Assembly: GCA_964460615.1 (NCBI GenBank)
Contig: CAYWPX010000001.1
Coordinates: 188,132-252,131, forward strand
Direction of reading: 5' to 3'
Source: an uncultured Planctomycetia bacterium
GTDB taxonomy: Bacteria > Omnitrophota > Gorgyraeia > CAYWPX01
Length of the DNA stretch: 64,000 nucleotides
In this document: piece after piece, positions 36,917 through 46,888 of the stretch
How the letters are laid out: every line of letters starts with the position of its first letter
Position numbering within the stretch: the first letter of the stretch is position 1
Notes under the pieces: model-generated
What the model saw: the letters and a program-made list of their open reading frames with translations, nothing else
What the model was told of the DNA's origin: nothing
Database searches by the model: none
Program-made: the position numbers and the translations under genes

Positions 36917-38130
36917 CAAAAAAACTTTATTTTGTTGGTTTAGATATCGGATCAAGCAGGATCAAGGCTTCCTGTTGTGAAATCGTAGAAGGGGAGCCGG
37001 TGTTGTCAGTTTCTTTGAATGGGCCGTCGAGCGGGCTCAAGGATGGCGTTGTCATTGATATAAACAATCTATCTAGTTCAGTAGCGGATGTTGTGGATAA
37101 ATTATCAATGGTCATTGATTCTAAAATCACATCCGTGATTGCCAATATCAGCGGAACTGGGGTCACCGGAGAAATTTCAAATGGCGTTGTTACTCTTGAT
37201 CAGCGTTCAAGTGAGATCACTGAAAAAGATGTAAAGAACGTATTATCGATAGCAAGGGCTCTTCCTATAGGGATTGAAAGAGAGATCATGCATTTAGTAC
37301 CAAGGGATTATAAGATAGATAATCAGAAGGGAGTCATTAACCCGATAGGGCTTTTCGGGACCAGGCTTGAGGTCGATTCTTATATAATCTCTGCCAGGAT
37401 CACCCAGATACAGAATATTGTCAAGGCTATTAATTGCGCAGGACTCGAGGTGGAAGAGATGGTATATTCAGGGCTTGCAACTGCCAGCTCAGTTCTTTCG
37501 GCCAAAGAGAAGTTGGATGGGGTAGTTATTATTGACATCGGAGCTGACTTTACCGAAATCTCAATTTTTATAAAGGGAAATCTGGAAAAAATATCTATCA
37601 TCGATTTCGGGGGGAATGATTTTGATGAGGCAATATCAACCAAGCTGAAGATAAAACATGAATATGCCGAGTCCATTAAAAACAGGTTCGGAGCGATCGT
37701 ACCAGGCAATGATAATGTTAACTCCAAGAGTGCCGATAATTTTTCTAATTATTACGGGGTTAATTTTAACCGCAAGGAATTGCTTGATATATTACAGGAT
37801 TCAGCCAAGGAGCTTTTTGGTAAGATCAGGGCCGAGATAGACCCTTACAAAAATTCTATTTTTACCGGTGCTTATATAGCCGGGGGATTAAGCATGATGG
37901 ACGGATTGCTGGAATTTGCTGAAACCGAGTTAGGGATGCCTTCCAGGCTTGCTATCCCAAAAATCATTAAGGGGAATCTTAAGGATCTTTCCGTTATGTA
38001 TGCCACAAGCTCAGGTTTAGTTAAATATAGTATTACAAAAAGGCTCTTAAGGCCGTCGGTAAAGAATATTAAAAATAGGTTTAAAAGAAGCCTGGCAAAG
38101 GTCAAGGAACTTTTTTACGATTATTTTTAA
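36913..38130 (+). CDS. ftsA: Cell division protein FtsA.
   Basis: 405 aa actin-like ATPase (VGLDIGSSRIKA, VIIDIGADFTEISIF, GGLSMMDGLLEFAE) with a C-terminal amphipathic tail. Confidence 0.9.
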   Translation: MTKKLYFVGLDIGSSRIKASCCEIVEGEPVLSVSLNGPSSGLKDGVVIDINNLSSSVADVVDKLSMVIDSKITSVIANISGTGVTGEISNGVVTLDQRSSEITEKDVKNVLSIARALPIGIEREIMHLVPRDYKIDNQKGVINPIGLFGTRLEVDSYIISARITQIQNIVKAINCAGLEVEEMVYSGLATASSVLSAKEKLDGVVIIDIGADFTEISIFIKGNLEKISIIDFGGNDFDEAISTKLKIKHEYAESIKNRFGAIVPGNDNVNSKSADNFSNYYGVNFNRKELLDILQDSAKELFGKIRAEIDPYKNSIFTGAYIAGGLSMMDGLLEFAETELGMPSRLAIPKIIKGNLKDLSVMYATSSGLVKYSITKRLLRPSVKNIKNRFKRSLAKVKELFYDYF

Positions 38131-38246
38131 TCGAAACGCAGAAATTCTTCGGCATTTAATCTAGAATTTCTGAGTTTCGATTACCCCACAGAGTATTGCA
38201 AAAATATCATAGAAATTTTTGCAATATTTTACGAAGTGGGGTGACT
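38131..38246. repeat. Structured intergenic palindromic element, copy B. It starts right after the ftsA stop codon: a 17-bp-stem hairpin followed by a long hairpin.
   Basis: Hairpin 1: tcgaaacgcagaaattc / gaatttctgagtttcga. Hairpin 2: ccccacagagtattgcaaaaatat-catagaa-atttttgcaatatttt...gtgggg. Its 5' 45 nt is near-identical to copy A (gaatttctgagtt...ccac.gagt.ttgcaaaaatat), but it lacks the tggaaat core insert. Confidence 0.6.
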
Positions 38247-38344
38247 CAAAAAGAACGCATAGCTATCAAAACAGTTAAAGTTCGTACAGTTACTGTTTAT
38301 GTAGTAATATTCCTCAATAAAATTAACCATCCAAAGCAATTAAA

Positions 38345-38373
38345 TTGACAAAATCGGCCAATTGTGTTAATTT
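38345..38373 (+). promoter_or_regulatory. Candidate sigma-70 promoter upstream of yggS.
   Basis: TTGACA, 17 nt, TAATTT. Confidence 0.4.
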
Positions 38374-38383
38374 AAAAGACTAA

Positions 38384-39064
38384 ATGATTAGCGATAACCT
38401 CAATAAAATCAGGCAATTAATAGCAAAATCAGCTAAAGTTGCTTCAACAGATCCTTCTGGAGTCAAGCTATTGGCTGTTACTAAGGGTATCGATCTAGAG
38501 CAGATCCGCAAGATCTATGATCTTGGTTTAAGAGATTTTGGGGAAAATCGGATACATGAGTCAGAAATTAAGATAAGATCATTTCAAAAAGACGATATCT
38601 CCTGGCATTTTATCGGGCATTTGCAGACAAATAAAGCTAAAGATGCCGTAAGACTTTTCAGGTTGATCCACTCTTTGGATTCCCTGAGGCTGGCCAATTC
38701 AATTAATTCTGAAGCATCGGCATTGGGTAAAGTACAGGATGTGCTCATTGAAGTCAACACCTCAGGAGAGGTATCGAAGTACGGCATCAGGCCGGATGAA
38801 GTTAGAGATTTTTTACTGTCAATACAGGGACTTAATAATATTTCCATAAAAGGCCTTATGACGATGGCACCTATAGTTGATGACAAAGAAATGGCCCGGC
38901 CATATTTTAAAATTTTAAGGGATCTGTTTGATGAGCTTAAGGCGATGAAAATCAGAAATGCTGATTTTAAGTACCTATCTATGGGTATGAGCCAGGATTT
39001 TGAGGTTGCGATAGAAGAAGGGGCGAATATCGTCAGGATAGGGACGGCGCTCTTCAAGCTTTAA
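38384..39064 (+). CDS. yggS: YggS family PLP-binding protein (alanine racemase N-terminal-domain fold, PLP homeostasis).
   Basis: 226 aa. LLAVTKG (PLP lysine), GENRIHE, HFIGHLQTNK, SMGMSQDF. Confidence 0.85.
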   Translation: MISDNLNKIRQLIAKSAKVASTDPSGVKLLAVTKGIDLEQIRKIYDLGLRDFGENRIHESEIKIRSFQKDDISWHFIGHLQTNKAKDAVRLFRLIHSLDSLRLANSINSEASALGKVQDVLIEVNTSGEVSKYGIRPDEVRDFLLSIQGLNNISIKGLMTMAPIVDDKEMARPYFKILRDLFDELKAMKIRNADFKYLSMGMSQDFEVAIEEGANIVRIGTALFKL

Positions 39065-39096
39065 TATGAACTTTATTAATAATTAACGGAAAAAAG

Positions 39097-39912
39097 ATGA
39101 AAAAATTAGGCATTATAGGATTAGGTAATATGGGCAGCGCAATTCTTGACGGCGTACTTAGAAAAAAAATCTTTAAGCCGGGTTCTATTTATGTAAATGA
39201 TATTGATAAGAAAAAAATCTTAAAGTATCAGAGGTTAAGCGTTAAAGCGCTTAACTACAATTCTGATATTGCTAATTCAAGCGATATCATAATACTTGCC
39301 ATGAAACCGCAGGATATAAAAAGCGTCCTTAGCAAGATTAGGCCTTATTTGAACAGGACCAAGGTCCTTATTTCGATCGCTGCCGGCATTACGACATCGT
39401 TCATAGAAAAAAACATCGGTACAAATATTAAAGTGGTAAGGGTTATGCCCAATATGCCTTTTTTGGTGGGTGAAGGAATGTCGGTCCTCGCTAAAGGAAA
39501 ATATGCGGACCAAAAGGCACTCAAGACAGCAGAAAATATATTTATGTCATCCGGCAAAACGCTTATCCTCAGCGAAAATAAAATCGATGCGGTCACTGCG
39601 CTTAGCGGCAGCGGGCCGGCATATATATTTTTAATGGTTAATGCATGTATAAAGGCTGCTATTAAGCTGGGCTTAAATAGATCTGATGCGACAAAATTAG
39701 CCGTAATGACGGCTGGCGGAAGCGCTAAACTCCTTATTGATTCAGGCCTCGACCCGCAGTTTTTGATAGAGAAAATCGCTTCAAAAGGCGGGACAACAGA
39801 GGCGGCCTTAAAAGTGTTTAATTCTTCTTCTTTTGATGATATCGTTTTTAATGCGTTGAAGGCAGCGTCGGTAAGATCCAGAGAGTTAGGGAAAATTTTA
39901 TCCAATTCTTAG
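39097..39912 (+). CDS. proC: Pyrroline-5-carboxylate reductase.
   Basis: 271 aa. NAD(P) Rossmann IGIIGLGNMGSAI, and a C-terminal dimerisation domain (SGSGPAYIF). Confidence 0.85.
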   Translation: MKKLGIIGLGNMGSAILDGVLRKKIFKPGSIYVNDIDKKKILKYQRLSVKALNYNSDIANSSDIIILAMKPQDIKSVLSKIRPYLNRTKVLISIAAGITTSFIEKNIGTNIKVVRVMPNMPFLVGEGMSVLAKGKYADQKALKTAENIFMSSGKTLILSENKIDAVTALSGSGPAYIFLMVNACIKAAIKLGLNRSDATKLAVMTAGGSAKLLIDSGLDPQFLIEKIASKGGTTEAALKVFNSSSFDDIVFNALKAASVRSRELGKILSNS

Positions 39913-39973
39913 TTTTGTAATTAGATCATTCTTTTAAATGATAATAAAATACTAAAGCTAAAAGAGGTGAAAA

Positions 39974-40273
39974 ATGTTCATACTTGGAAATTTCTTTTTG
40001 GCATTGTCTTTTCTTATTGATAAGATAATTTTTGTGGTTAGTTGGCTGGTTATTATTAGGGCACTTATAAGCTGGGTGAACCCGGACCCTTATAATCCGT
40101 TGGTGCAATTTTTGTATAAGACTACTGAGCCTATCCTTGATCCATTTAGAAGGCTGGTACCTAGTTATAATTTAGGGCTGGATATTTCTCCTATCCTTGC
40201 TTTAATAACGCTGATTTTTCTGCAAAGATTCCTCGTCCCTTCTATTGAACAGATAGGGCTGGTACTTAGATGA
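39974..40273 (+). CDS. yggT: YggT family membrane protein.
   Basis: 99 aa with two TM segments. A WVNPDPYNP-type motif is typical of YggT/Ycf19. Gene context yggS...yggT-yggU. Confidence 0.7.
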   Translation: MFILGNFFLALSFLIDKIIFVVSWLVIIRALISWVNPDPYNPLVQFLYKTTEPILDPFRRLVPSYNLGLDISPILALITLIFLQRFLVPSIEQIGLVLR

Positions 40274-40485
40274 AGTATAGCGTTAAGGTTAAACCCAGAA
40301 GCTCAAAAAATGATGTAGTGATAAAAGATGATCTCATCACGGTTTTCACCGTCAAAAGCCCTGTTGATAATGAGGCTAATACGGCTCTTGTAGAACTATT
40401 AAGCGAAAAATTCAATTTAAGTAAATCCCGCATAAAGATCATAAGCGGATTGAAGTCCCGAAATAAGATAGTTGAGATACTATAA
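40270..40485 (+). CDS. DUF167 (YggU) family protein.
   Basis: 71 aa (VKVKPRSSKNDV...EANTALVELLSE...ISGLKSRNKIVEI). Confidence 0.7.
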   Translation: MKYSVKVKPRSSKNDVVIKDDLITVFTVKSPVDNEANTALVELLSEKFNLSKSRIKIISGLKSRNKIVEIL

Positions 40486-40497
40486 GGGGAAATATAA

Positions 40498-41355
40498 ATG
40501 ACTAAGATCGGAATTATCGGCGGAAGCGGGCTTTATAGCCTCGAAGGAATTAAGGATGTAAAAAGCATTAAGGTTGATACGCCATTCGGCCTGCCATCTG
40601 ATGAGTTAGTAACGGGTAATTTATCAGGTAAAGAGGTTGTTTTTTTGGCCAGGCACTCAAAGGGCCACACTAAGCTTCCGAGTGAACTGAATTTCAGGGC
40701 TAATATTTATGCGCTTAAGACTCTAGGGGTTGAGAGGATCATCTCGGCAAGTGCAGTTGGGAGCTTAAGAAAAGAGCTGAAGCCCAGGGATTTTGTAATT
40801 CCGGATCAGTTTGTCGATAGAGCAACGAGCAGGGTGGCAACATTCTTCGGAGAAGGGGTAGTGGCACACGTCAGTTTTGGCGACCCGGTTTGTCATGGAT
40901 TATGTGATGAAATTTATAAAGCAGGCGTGACGCTTGGGATCAAGGTCCATAAGGGCGGGACATACATAAATATGGAAGGACCTCAGTTCTCTACAAGGGC
41001 GGAATCTAATCTATACAGGTCCTGGGGTATGGATATTATCGGTATGACCAATTTAGCTGAAGCCAAGCTTGCGAGGGAAGCAGAGATCTGCTATTCAACT
41101 CTTGCTATGGTAACTGATTATGATTGCTGGTACATGGGGGAAGAAGAGGTAACGCTCGATATGATAATACAGAATCTCATGGCCAATGTCAACGCAGCAA
41201 AAAAACTCCTCAAAGAGGTGATAGAGAAGATGCCCGATTCAAGGACCTGCCGCTGCAAAGATGCCCTTAAAGATGCAATTGTAACAAACCCGGATTTTAT
41301 AAATAGCAAAACAAAAGAAAAATTAAAACTTATAATCGGAAAATATATAAAATAA
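40498..41355 (+). CDS. mtnP: S-methyl-5'-thioadenosine phosphorylase (PNP/MTAP family).
   Basis: 285 aa. IGIIGGSGL N-terminus and the purine nucleoside phosphorylase family 2 pattern. Confidence 0.85.
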   Translation: MTKIGIIGGSGLYSLEGIKDVKSIKVDTPFGLPSDELVTGNLSGKEVVFLARHSKGHTKLPSELNFRANIYALKTLGVERIISASAVGSLRKELKPRDFVIPDQFVDRATSRVATFFGEGVVAHVSFGDPVCHGLCDEIYKAGVTLGIKVHKGGTYINMEGPQFSTRAESNLYRSWGMDIIGMTNLAEAKLAREAEICYSTLAMVTDYDCWYMGEEEVTLDMIIQNLMANVNAAKKLLKEVIEKMPDSRTCRCKDALKDAIVTNPDFINSKTKEKLKLIIGKYIK

Positions 41356-41363
41356 AGGCAAAG

Positions 41364-44183
41364 ATGTCTGATAATCAAAATAAGACAGAATTCAAAAGTA
41401 CAGTAAATCTGCCAAAGACAGATTTTTCCATGAAGGCGAATCTTCCGCAGAAAGAGCCTAAGATAATGGAAAAATGGGCGGCTATAGATCTTTACGGCTC
41501 CATCCGTAAAATTAGAAATGGTAAAGAGAAATACATACTTCACGACGGGCCTCCATATTCTAACGGTGATATTCATATGGGACACGCTCTTAATAAGATA
41601 CTTAAGGATATTATAGTTAAATACTATTCCATGAAGGGGTTTGATTCTCCCTATGTTCCCGGATGGGATAACCATGGATTGCCGGTAGAGCATCAGTTAT
41701 TTAAAGACCTGAAGATGACCAAATATGATATTTCTCAGGTCGAATTCAGGAAAAAAGCCGCAGATTATGCAAAAAAATATGTCGATATCCAGAGAAAACA
41801 GTTTGAGAGGCTGGGGATACTTGGCGACTGGGCAAATCCTTATCTAACGCTTTCAAAAAATTATGAGGCTGAGATCGTACGGTCTTTCGGTAAACTTGCT
41901 AAAAAGGGATTTATATTTAAGGACAGGAAACCAGTAAACTGGTGTTATAGATGCGAGACGGCCCTGGCAGAGGCGGAGGTAGAGTATGATAATCATACTT
42001 CTAATTCGGTCTATGTAAAATTTAAAGCCGAAGAATTTCCTGGGATACCTAATGCATTAAGTAAATCCGATCTGGGAAAAACTTATTTTATTATATGGAC
42101 GACAACTCCCTGGACACTCCTGGCTAATGTTGCAATAGCTTTGCATCCTGATCTCGATTATGCAATAGTCGAAACGGGTGATGAAAAATGGATCATCCTG
42201 GAGTCAAGAGTTGAAGCGGTATTCAGTAAAATCGGCAAGGAATATAAGATAATTGGAAAAGATAAGGGTAGGTTTTTTGACGGCAGCATAGCAAGCCATC
42301 CATTTATAGATAGAAAAAGTAAAGTTGTTTACGCCCCATATGTCACAAGTGAAGACGGTACTGGCTGCGTTCACACAGCGCCGGGGCATGGTATGGACGA
42401 TTATATTACGGGTAAAAAATTCAATCTGCCGATAATTATGCCGGTAGATGGTAAGGGAAAATTTGATAATACCTCAGGGGAGTTCTCCGGATTAAATGTA
42501 CACAAGGCAGATGAGCTTATTATTCACAAGATGATCGATAACAAGAGCCTTGTCATATCTGAAAAGATTAACCATTCGTATCCTCATTGCTGGAGATGTA
42601 AAAGCCCTATTATCTTCAGGGCCACGGAGCAGTGGTTTATGGGAGTGGACAAGAACGATCTAAGAAGATCCCTTTTAAATGAGATTAAGAATAATGTCCG
42701 CTGGGTACCTGAAGCAGGGGCAAGCAGGATATCCTCAATGGTGGAGCTCAGGCCAGACTGGTGCCTCTCAAGGCAGAGATACTGGGGCGTAGCTATACCG
42801 ATTTTTTATTGTAAAAGTTGTAACGAACCGCTTATGGACGGTGACATTATTGAGCATGTAGCTATCTTAATGGAACAAGAAGGAGCCGATGTCTGGTTCA
42901 TTAAAGACGCCAAGGATCTCCTGCCGCCCGGTATAAAATGCAGTAAATGCCAAAACAGCGAATTTACAAAAGAGAATGATATTCTTGATGTCTGGTTCGA
43001 TTCAGGAGTGAGTCATCAGGCCGTTCTTAAGAGAAGGCCTGAACTAAAATATCCGGCAGACCTGTATCTCGAGGGAAGCGATCAGCATAGAGGGTGGTTT
43101 CAGTCATCTCTCATAACTGCAATGGGGATAGAAGGCAGATCAAGCTATAAGACAGTTCTGACACATGGCTTTGTAGTAGATGGTACCGGCAAGAAAATGT
43201 CAAAGTCGCTTGGGAATGTAATTTCACCGTTAGAAGTCATGAAAAGCTACGGCGCTGATATCCTGAGGCTATGGGTAGCTTCAAGCGACTATTCAGAAGA
43301 TGTGAGGATCTCACCTGAAATACTTGAAAGGATAGCGGATTCCTATAGAAAGATCAGAAATACCTATAAATATATCCTGGGAAATATCTACGATTTTGAC
43401 TTCTCTAAAGATGCTGTGCCTTTAGAGAAAATGACTGAGATCGACCTTTGGGCATTACGAGAATTATCTGAGCTGGCCCAAGAAGTTGATAGAGCTTACG
43501 ACGGTTTCCAGTTCCATAAAGTGTACTCATCGGCTTACAATTTTTGCATTGTAAAATTATCAAATATTTATCTTGATATTTTAAAGGATAGATTATATAC
43601 TTTCAGGAATACTTCGCTGGAAAGAAGGTCTGCGCAGACGGCTCTTTATTATATTTTGACTTATTTATGCAAATTAACCGCGCCGATTCTATGCTTTACT
43701 TCAGACGAGGCTTTTGAGTCCCTTACCAAGGACTCCAAAGGTTCAATTCACTTAGAGTTATGGCCTGATATAGATATCTTAAGTAAAAATGTAAGGTCGG
43801 TTTTTTCTGAAGATAAGCTTGAAAATTGGAATAAGTTATTTTATATAAGGGAAAATGTATTAAAGGCGCTTGAGATCAAAAGAGGCGGGGGGCTGATAGG
43901 AAGCGGATTAGAGGCCAAGGTAGAAATAATTTCCCTAGATAAGAGCGTCAATAAACTTCTTGAGACTTACAAAGCTGATTTAGCTGCAATTTTTATAACT
44001 TCACAGGTTGATATTGTTAAGCCTGATGAAGAAGTGTTAAAAGTAGATGATATAAAATTGTCAGTAGGTGTAAAAAAGGCCGATGGTATCAAGTGTCAGC
44101 GCTGCTGGAATTTTGATTTAAAAACCGGCTCCGATGCTTCTTATCCGACGCTTTGCCCAAAGTGCATAGATGCAGTTAAATAG
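41364..44183 (+). CDS. ileS: Isoleucine--tRNA ligase.
   Basis: 939 aa. HMGH motif (PYSNGDIHMGHALN), KMSKS (GKKMSKSLGN), and C-terminal zinc-binding cysteines. Confidence 0.95.
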   Translation: MSDNQNKTEFKSTVNLPKTDFSMKANLPQKEPKIMEKWAAIDLYGSIRKIRNGKEKYILHDGPPYSNGDIHMGHALNKILKDIIVKYYSMKGFDSPYVPGWDNHGLPVEHQLFKDLKMTKYDISQVEFRKKAADYAKKYVDIQRKQFERLGILGDWANPYLTLSKNYEAEIVRSFGKLAKKGFIFKDRKPVNWCYRCETALAEAEVEYDNHTSNSVYVKFKAEEFPGIPNALSKSDLGKTYFIIWTTTPWTLLANVAIALHPDLDYAIVETGDEKWIILESRVEAVFSKIGKEYKIIGKDKGRFFDGSIASHPFIDRKSKVVYAPYVTSEDGTGCVHTAPGHGMDDYITGKKFNLPIIMPVDGKGKFDNTSGEFSGLNVHKADELIIHKMIDNKSLVISEKINHSYPHCWRCKSPIIFRATEQWFMGVDKNDLRRSLLNEIKNNVRWVPEAGASRISSMVELRPDWCLSRQRYWGVAIPIFYCKSCNEPLMDGDIIEHVAILMEQEGADVWFIKDAKDLLPPGIKCSKCQNSEFTKENDILDVWFDSGVSHQAVLKRRPELKYPADLYLEGSDQHRGWFQSSLITAMGIEGRSSYKTVLTHGFVVDGTGKKMSKSLGNVISPLEVMKSYGADILRLWVASSDYSEDVRISPEILERIADSYRKIRNTYKYILGNIYDFDFSKDAVPLEKMTEIDLWALRELSELAQEVDRAYDGFQFHKVYSSAYNFCIVKLSNIYLDILKDRLYTFRNTSLERRSAQTALYYILTYLCKLTAPILCFTSDEAFESLTKDSKGSIHLELWPDIDILSKNVRSVFSEDKLENWNKLFYIRENVLKALEIKRGGGLIGSGLEAKVEIISLDKSVNKLLETYKADLAAIFITSQVDIVKPDEEVLKVDDIKLSVGVKKADGIKCQRCWNFDLKTGSDASYPTLCPKCIDAVK

Positions 44184-44279
44184 CTAACCTGCGTCTAATT
44201 AGATGATCTAGGCAGCAGTTTGTACATTCATGTTAATCCGACAGCTTGCTTTAGAAAACCGAATTAGTAGGAGGAATTA

Positions 44280-44672
44280 ATGAAGAATAATGCGAATAAG
44301 ATGACAAAAAAAGAAATGGAAAAATACAAAAAGATCCTTCTTAAGTTAAGAGAAAAGATAATGAGCGAAGTCGAACATATCTCTAAAGATACACTGCAGA
44401 AGTCGTCCAGAGAAGCCTCTGGCGACCTATCCGGTTATTCGCTTCATATGGCAGATATGGCTTCAGATCAGTATGACAGAGAATTTTCCCTTGAAATAGC
44501 CAGCGGAAGCCGTAAAGTTCTTTTGGCAATAGAGGACGCATTAAAGAAAATTAAAGAAGGTGTATATGGAAGTTGTGACAGCTGTAACAAAAAAATTTCC
44601 AATCAGCGTTTAACGGCAGTCCCTTATGCCCAGCTTTGTATTTCATGCGCTTCTAAAAACGAAAAAAGGTAA
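44280..44672 (+). CDS. DksA/TraR family C4-type zinc-finger protein.
   Basis: 130 aa. Coiled-coil N-terminus, and CDSC...17 aa...CISC at the C-terminus. Sitting upstream of lspA is a common arrangement. Confidence 0.7.
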   Translation: MKNNANKMTKKEMEKYKKILLKLREKIMSEVEHISKDTLQKSSREASGDLSGYSLHMADMASDQYDREFSLEIASGSRKVLLAIEDALKKIKEGVYGSCDSCNKKISNQRLTAVPYAQLCISCASKNEKR

Positions 44673-44676
44673 TTTT

Positions 44677-45108
44677 ATGTTTTTTTTGGCGGCACTTATC
44701 GTGTTGGTGCTTGACCAATGGACTAAATTTTTGGCTGTTGCCAAATTGCCTCACGGTGCATCCCGAGAAGTAATCCATGACTTCCTAAACTTCACCCTAA
44801 TCTACAATCCAGGGGCTGCCTTCGGAATATTTAAAGGTGCGACGGTATTGCTGATATGCATAGCCCTGGTAGCGATACTTGCCATTCTATTTTTTTATCG
44901 TAACAATAGTTCTTCAAATAAGCTTTATATAGTTTCATTAGGATTGATTTTTGGAGGCGCAATAAGCAATCTGGTGGATAGGCTTAGATTTGCCAAGGTC
45001 ATTGATTTTATTGATTTCAGGGTTTTTCCTGTATTTAATTTAGCCGATACTTCCATAACTTTAGGGGTAATTGTTATGGGATATTTGATGCTGGTGAAGA
45101 AGAAATAA
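44677..45108 (+). CDS. lspA: Lipoprotein signal peptidase (signal peptidase II).
   Basis: Start moved to the ATG at 44677 (MFFLAALIVLVLDQWTK), directly after the upstream stop. Conserved N..GAAFG and FNLADT motifs. Confidence 0.85.
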   Translation: MFFLAALIVLVLDQWTKFLAVAKLPHGASREVIHDFLNFTLIYNPGAAFGIFKGATVLLICIALVAILAILFFYRNNSSSNKLYIVSLGLIFGGAISNLVDRLRFAKVIDFIDFRVFPVFNLADTSITLGVIVMGYLMLVKKK

Positions 45109-45115
45109 TAATAAT

Positions 45116-45853
45116 ATGTATCCAATACTGTTTAAAATGGGACCGCTGACAATATACTCTTACGGGGCCATGGTCGCCTTGGCTTTTTTTGTCTTTATGT
45201 CGCTTACTCTCAAAAGGGCCGAAATAGAAGGGATAAATAAGGATAAATTACTGGATCTGGGTTTAATTCTATTGGTATCCGGAATTATAGGGGCGCGGCT
45301 TTTTTTTGTATTTTCTAATCTGGATTTTTTTATCTCAAACCCGATCGAGGTTATTATGCTGCAGCACGGAGGCCTTGTTTTCTATGGCGGTTTTCTGGCG
45401 GCTTTATCGGCGGCCGTTATTTTTATCAGATTGAAGAGATTAGATTTTTGGCAGATAGCGGATCTTTTTGCACCTTATATCGCGCTTGGCCATGCGATAG
45501 GGCGTATAGGGTGTTTTTTGAATGGCTGTTGTTATGGAAAGAAAGCTGAATTTCTAGGAGTCCATTTTCCCGAAATAGAGGGCAATGTATGGCCAACGCA
45601 GTTGATTTCAAGCCTGAGTCTTTTTGTTCTGTTTTTTGTCCTGATTAATTTAAGGAAGAAAAGCCATTATAAAGGTTATTTAACGCTTAATTTTTTTATG
45701 TTCTATTCTTTAGGTAGATTTTGTATTGAGTTCTTAAGGGGTGATAACCCGTCAGTGTTTTTTGGCCTTACCGTAGCGCAGGTGATCAGTATCCCCATAT
45801 TCGTTATTTCTCTCGTCATGCTTATAACAAAAGAGTCTAAATGGAAAAGCTAA
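45116..45853 (+). CDS. lgt: Prolipoprotein diacylglyceryl transferase.
   Basis: 245 aa. Lgt signature (YGAMVALAF, HGGLVFYGG, GRIGCFLNGCCYG). Confidence 0.85.
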   Translation: MYPILFKMGPLTIYSYGAMVALAFFVFMSLTLKRAEIEGINKDKLLDLGLILLVSGIIGARLFFVFSNLDFFISNPIEVIMLQHGGLVFYGGFLAALSAAVIFIRLKRLDFWQIADLFAPYIALGHAIGRIGCFLNGCCYGKKAEFLGVHFPEIEGNVWPTQLISSLSLFVLFFVLINLRKKSHYKGYLTLNFFMFYSLGRFCIEFLRGDNPSVFFGLTVAQVISIPIFVISLVMLITKESKWKS

Positions 45854-46740
45854 GCTTTAAAACCGAAACCGTTGATGTTAAGAAACGCCTTGATCTGTAT
45901 CTTGTTGAAAAGATCGGCAAGGATGTTTCACGTACCTATATACAGGATCTTATCGGTAAAGGTAATTGTCTGGTTAATGGCAACGTTGCCAGGTCCAATT
46001 ATAGAATCCGGGGAAATGAAGTTGTTGAATTTCAACTTGAGGAACAAAAACCCATAGACGTTTCTTCTGAAGATATTCCTTTAAAGATTATTTATGAAGA
46101 CGATGATCTGCTGATTGTCGATAAGCCGGCAGGTATGGTATCTCATCCCGGAGCTGGTAATTATGCCGGGACACTCGTGAATGCGCTTTTATATCACACT
46201 CAAGATCTATCCAATAAGACTACAGTACGGCCAGGGATCATTCATAGGCTGGACAAAGACACATCCGGTGTAATGGTTGTTGCAAAAAATGATTATATAC
46301 ACCGTAAAATCGCAAAACAGTTCAAGAATCGTACGGTTATAAGGAAATACGTAGCAATAGTTAAAGGGGATATCGGCCCTGATAACGGTATTGTGGACGC
46401 CCCAATAGGAAGGCATCCCAGGATCCGGGAGAAAATGGCGGTCAGATATGCTGATTCCAAAGAAGCAGTGACAAAATACACTGTTATTAAAAGACTTGGC
46501 AAATTTACTGTAGTTGAATTGACACCTGAGACCGGAAGGACACATCAACTAAGGATCCATATGGCACATATAGGGCATCCTATTGTAGGGGACCTCTCAT
46601 ACGGCATTAAATTTGATTTTCCGAGGCAGGCTCTTCATGCCTTTAGCCTGGGCTTTGTTCATCCAAGAACCGGCAAGTTTGTAGAATTCAAAAGCAAGAT
46701 GCCTAAAGATATGGAAAAGTTCATTCATAAGGCATCCTAA
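45841..46740 (+). CDS. rluD: RluA-family 23S rRNA pseudouridine synthase (RluD-like) with an N-terminal S4 domain.
   Basis: 299 aa. S4-like N-terminus (KRLDLYL). Catalytic motif HRLDKDTSGVMVVAK. Confidence 0.85.
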   Translation: MEKLSFKTETVDVKKRLDLYLVEKIGKDVSRTYIQDLIGKGNCLVNGNVARSNYRIRGNEVVEFQLEEQKPIDVSSEDIPLKIIYEDDDLLIVDKPAGMVSHPGAGNYAGTLVNALLYHTQDLSNKTTVRPGIIHRLDKDTSGVMVVAKNDYIHRKIAKQFKNRTVIRKYVAIVKGDIGPDNGIVDAPIGRHPRIREKMAVRYADSKEAVTKYTVIKRLGKFTVVELTPETGRTHQLRIHMAHIGHPIVGDLSYGIKFDFPRQALHAFSLGFVHPRTGKFVEFKSKMPKDMEKFIHKAS

Positions 46741-46808
46741 GGTGCTGTTAGAAATAATTATGTCATTATATATAATATGCTTATAATTCAGTGCTGACTG
46801 AATAGTAA

Positions 46809-46837
46809 TTGACAATAATCTGACTTTTTGATAAAAT
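46809..46837 (+). promoter_or_regulatory. Candidate sigma-70 promoter upstream of mreB.
   Basis: TTGACA, 17 nt, TAAAAT, about 50 nt upstream of the mreB start. Confidence 0.5.
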
Positions 46838-46888
46838 TCAATAACACGAAATAATTAACTGTCCTAAAATGTTAAGGAGAAATATTTT

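Noticed and set aside
38131-38383. I checked whether the 250-bp gap after ftsA hides a degraded ftsZ.
   Set aside because: It is far too short (FtsZ is at least 1 kb) and has no FtsZ-like frame (no GGGTGTG). The region is explained by repeat element B plus a promoter-like element for yggS.
44626-44676. ORF-track N-terminal extension of lspA that overlaps the DksA-like gene by 47 nt.
   Set aside because: An ATG at 44677 immediately after the upstream stop gives the canonical LspA N-terminal TM. The extension (MPSFVFHALLKTKKGNF) is the other gene's 3' end read out of frame.
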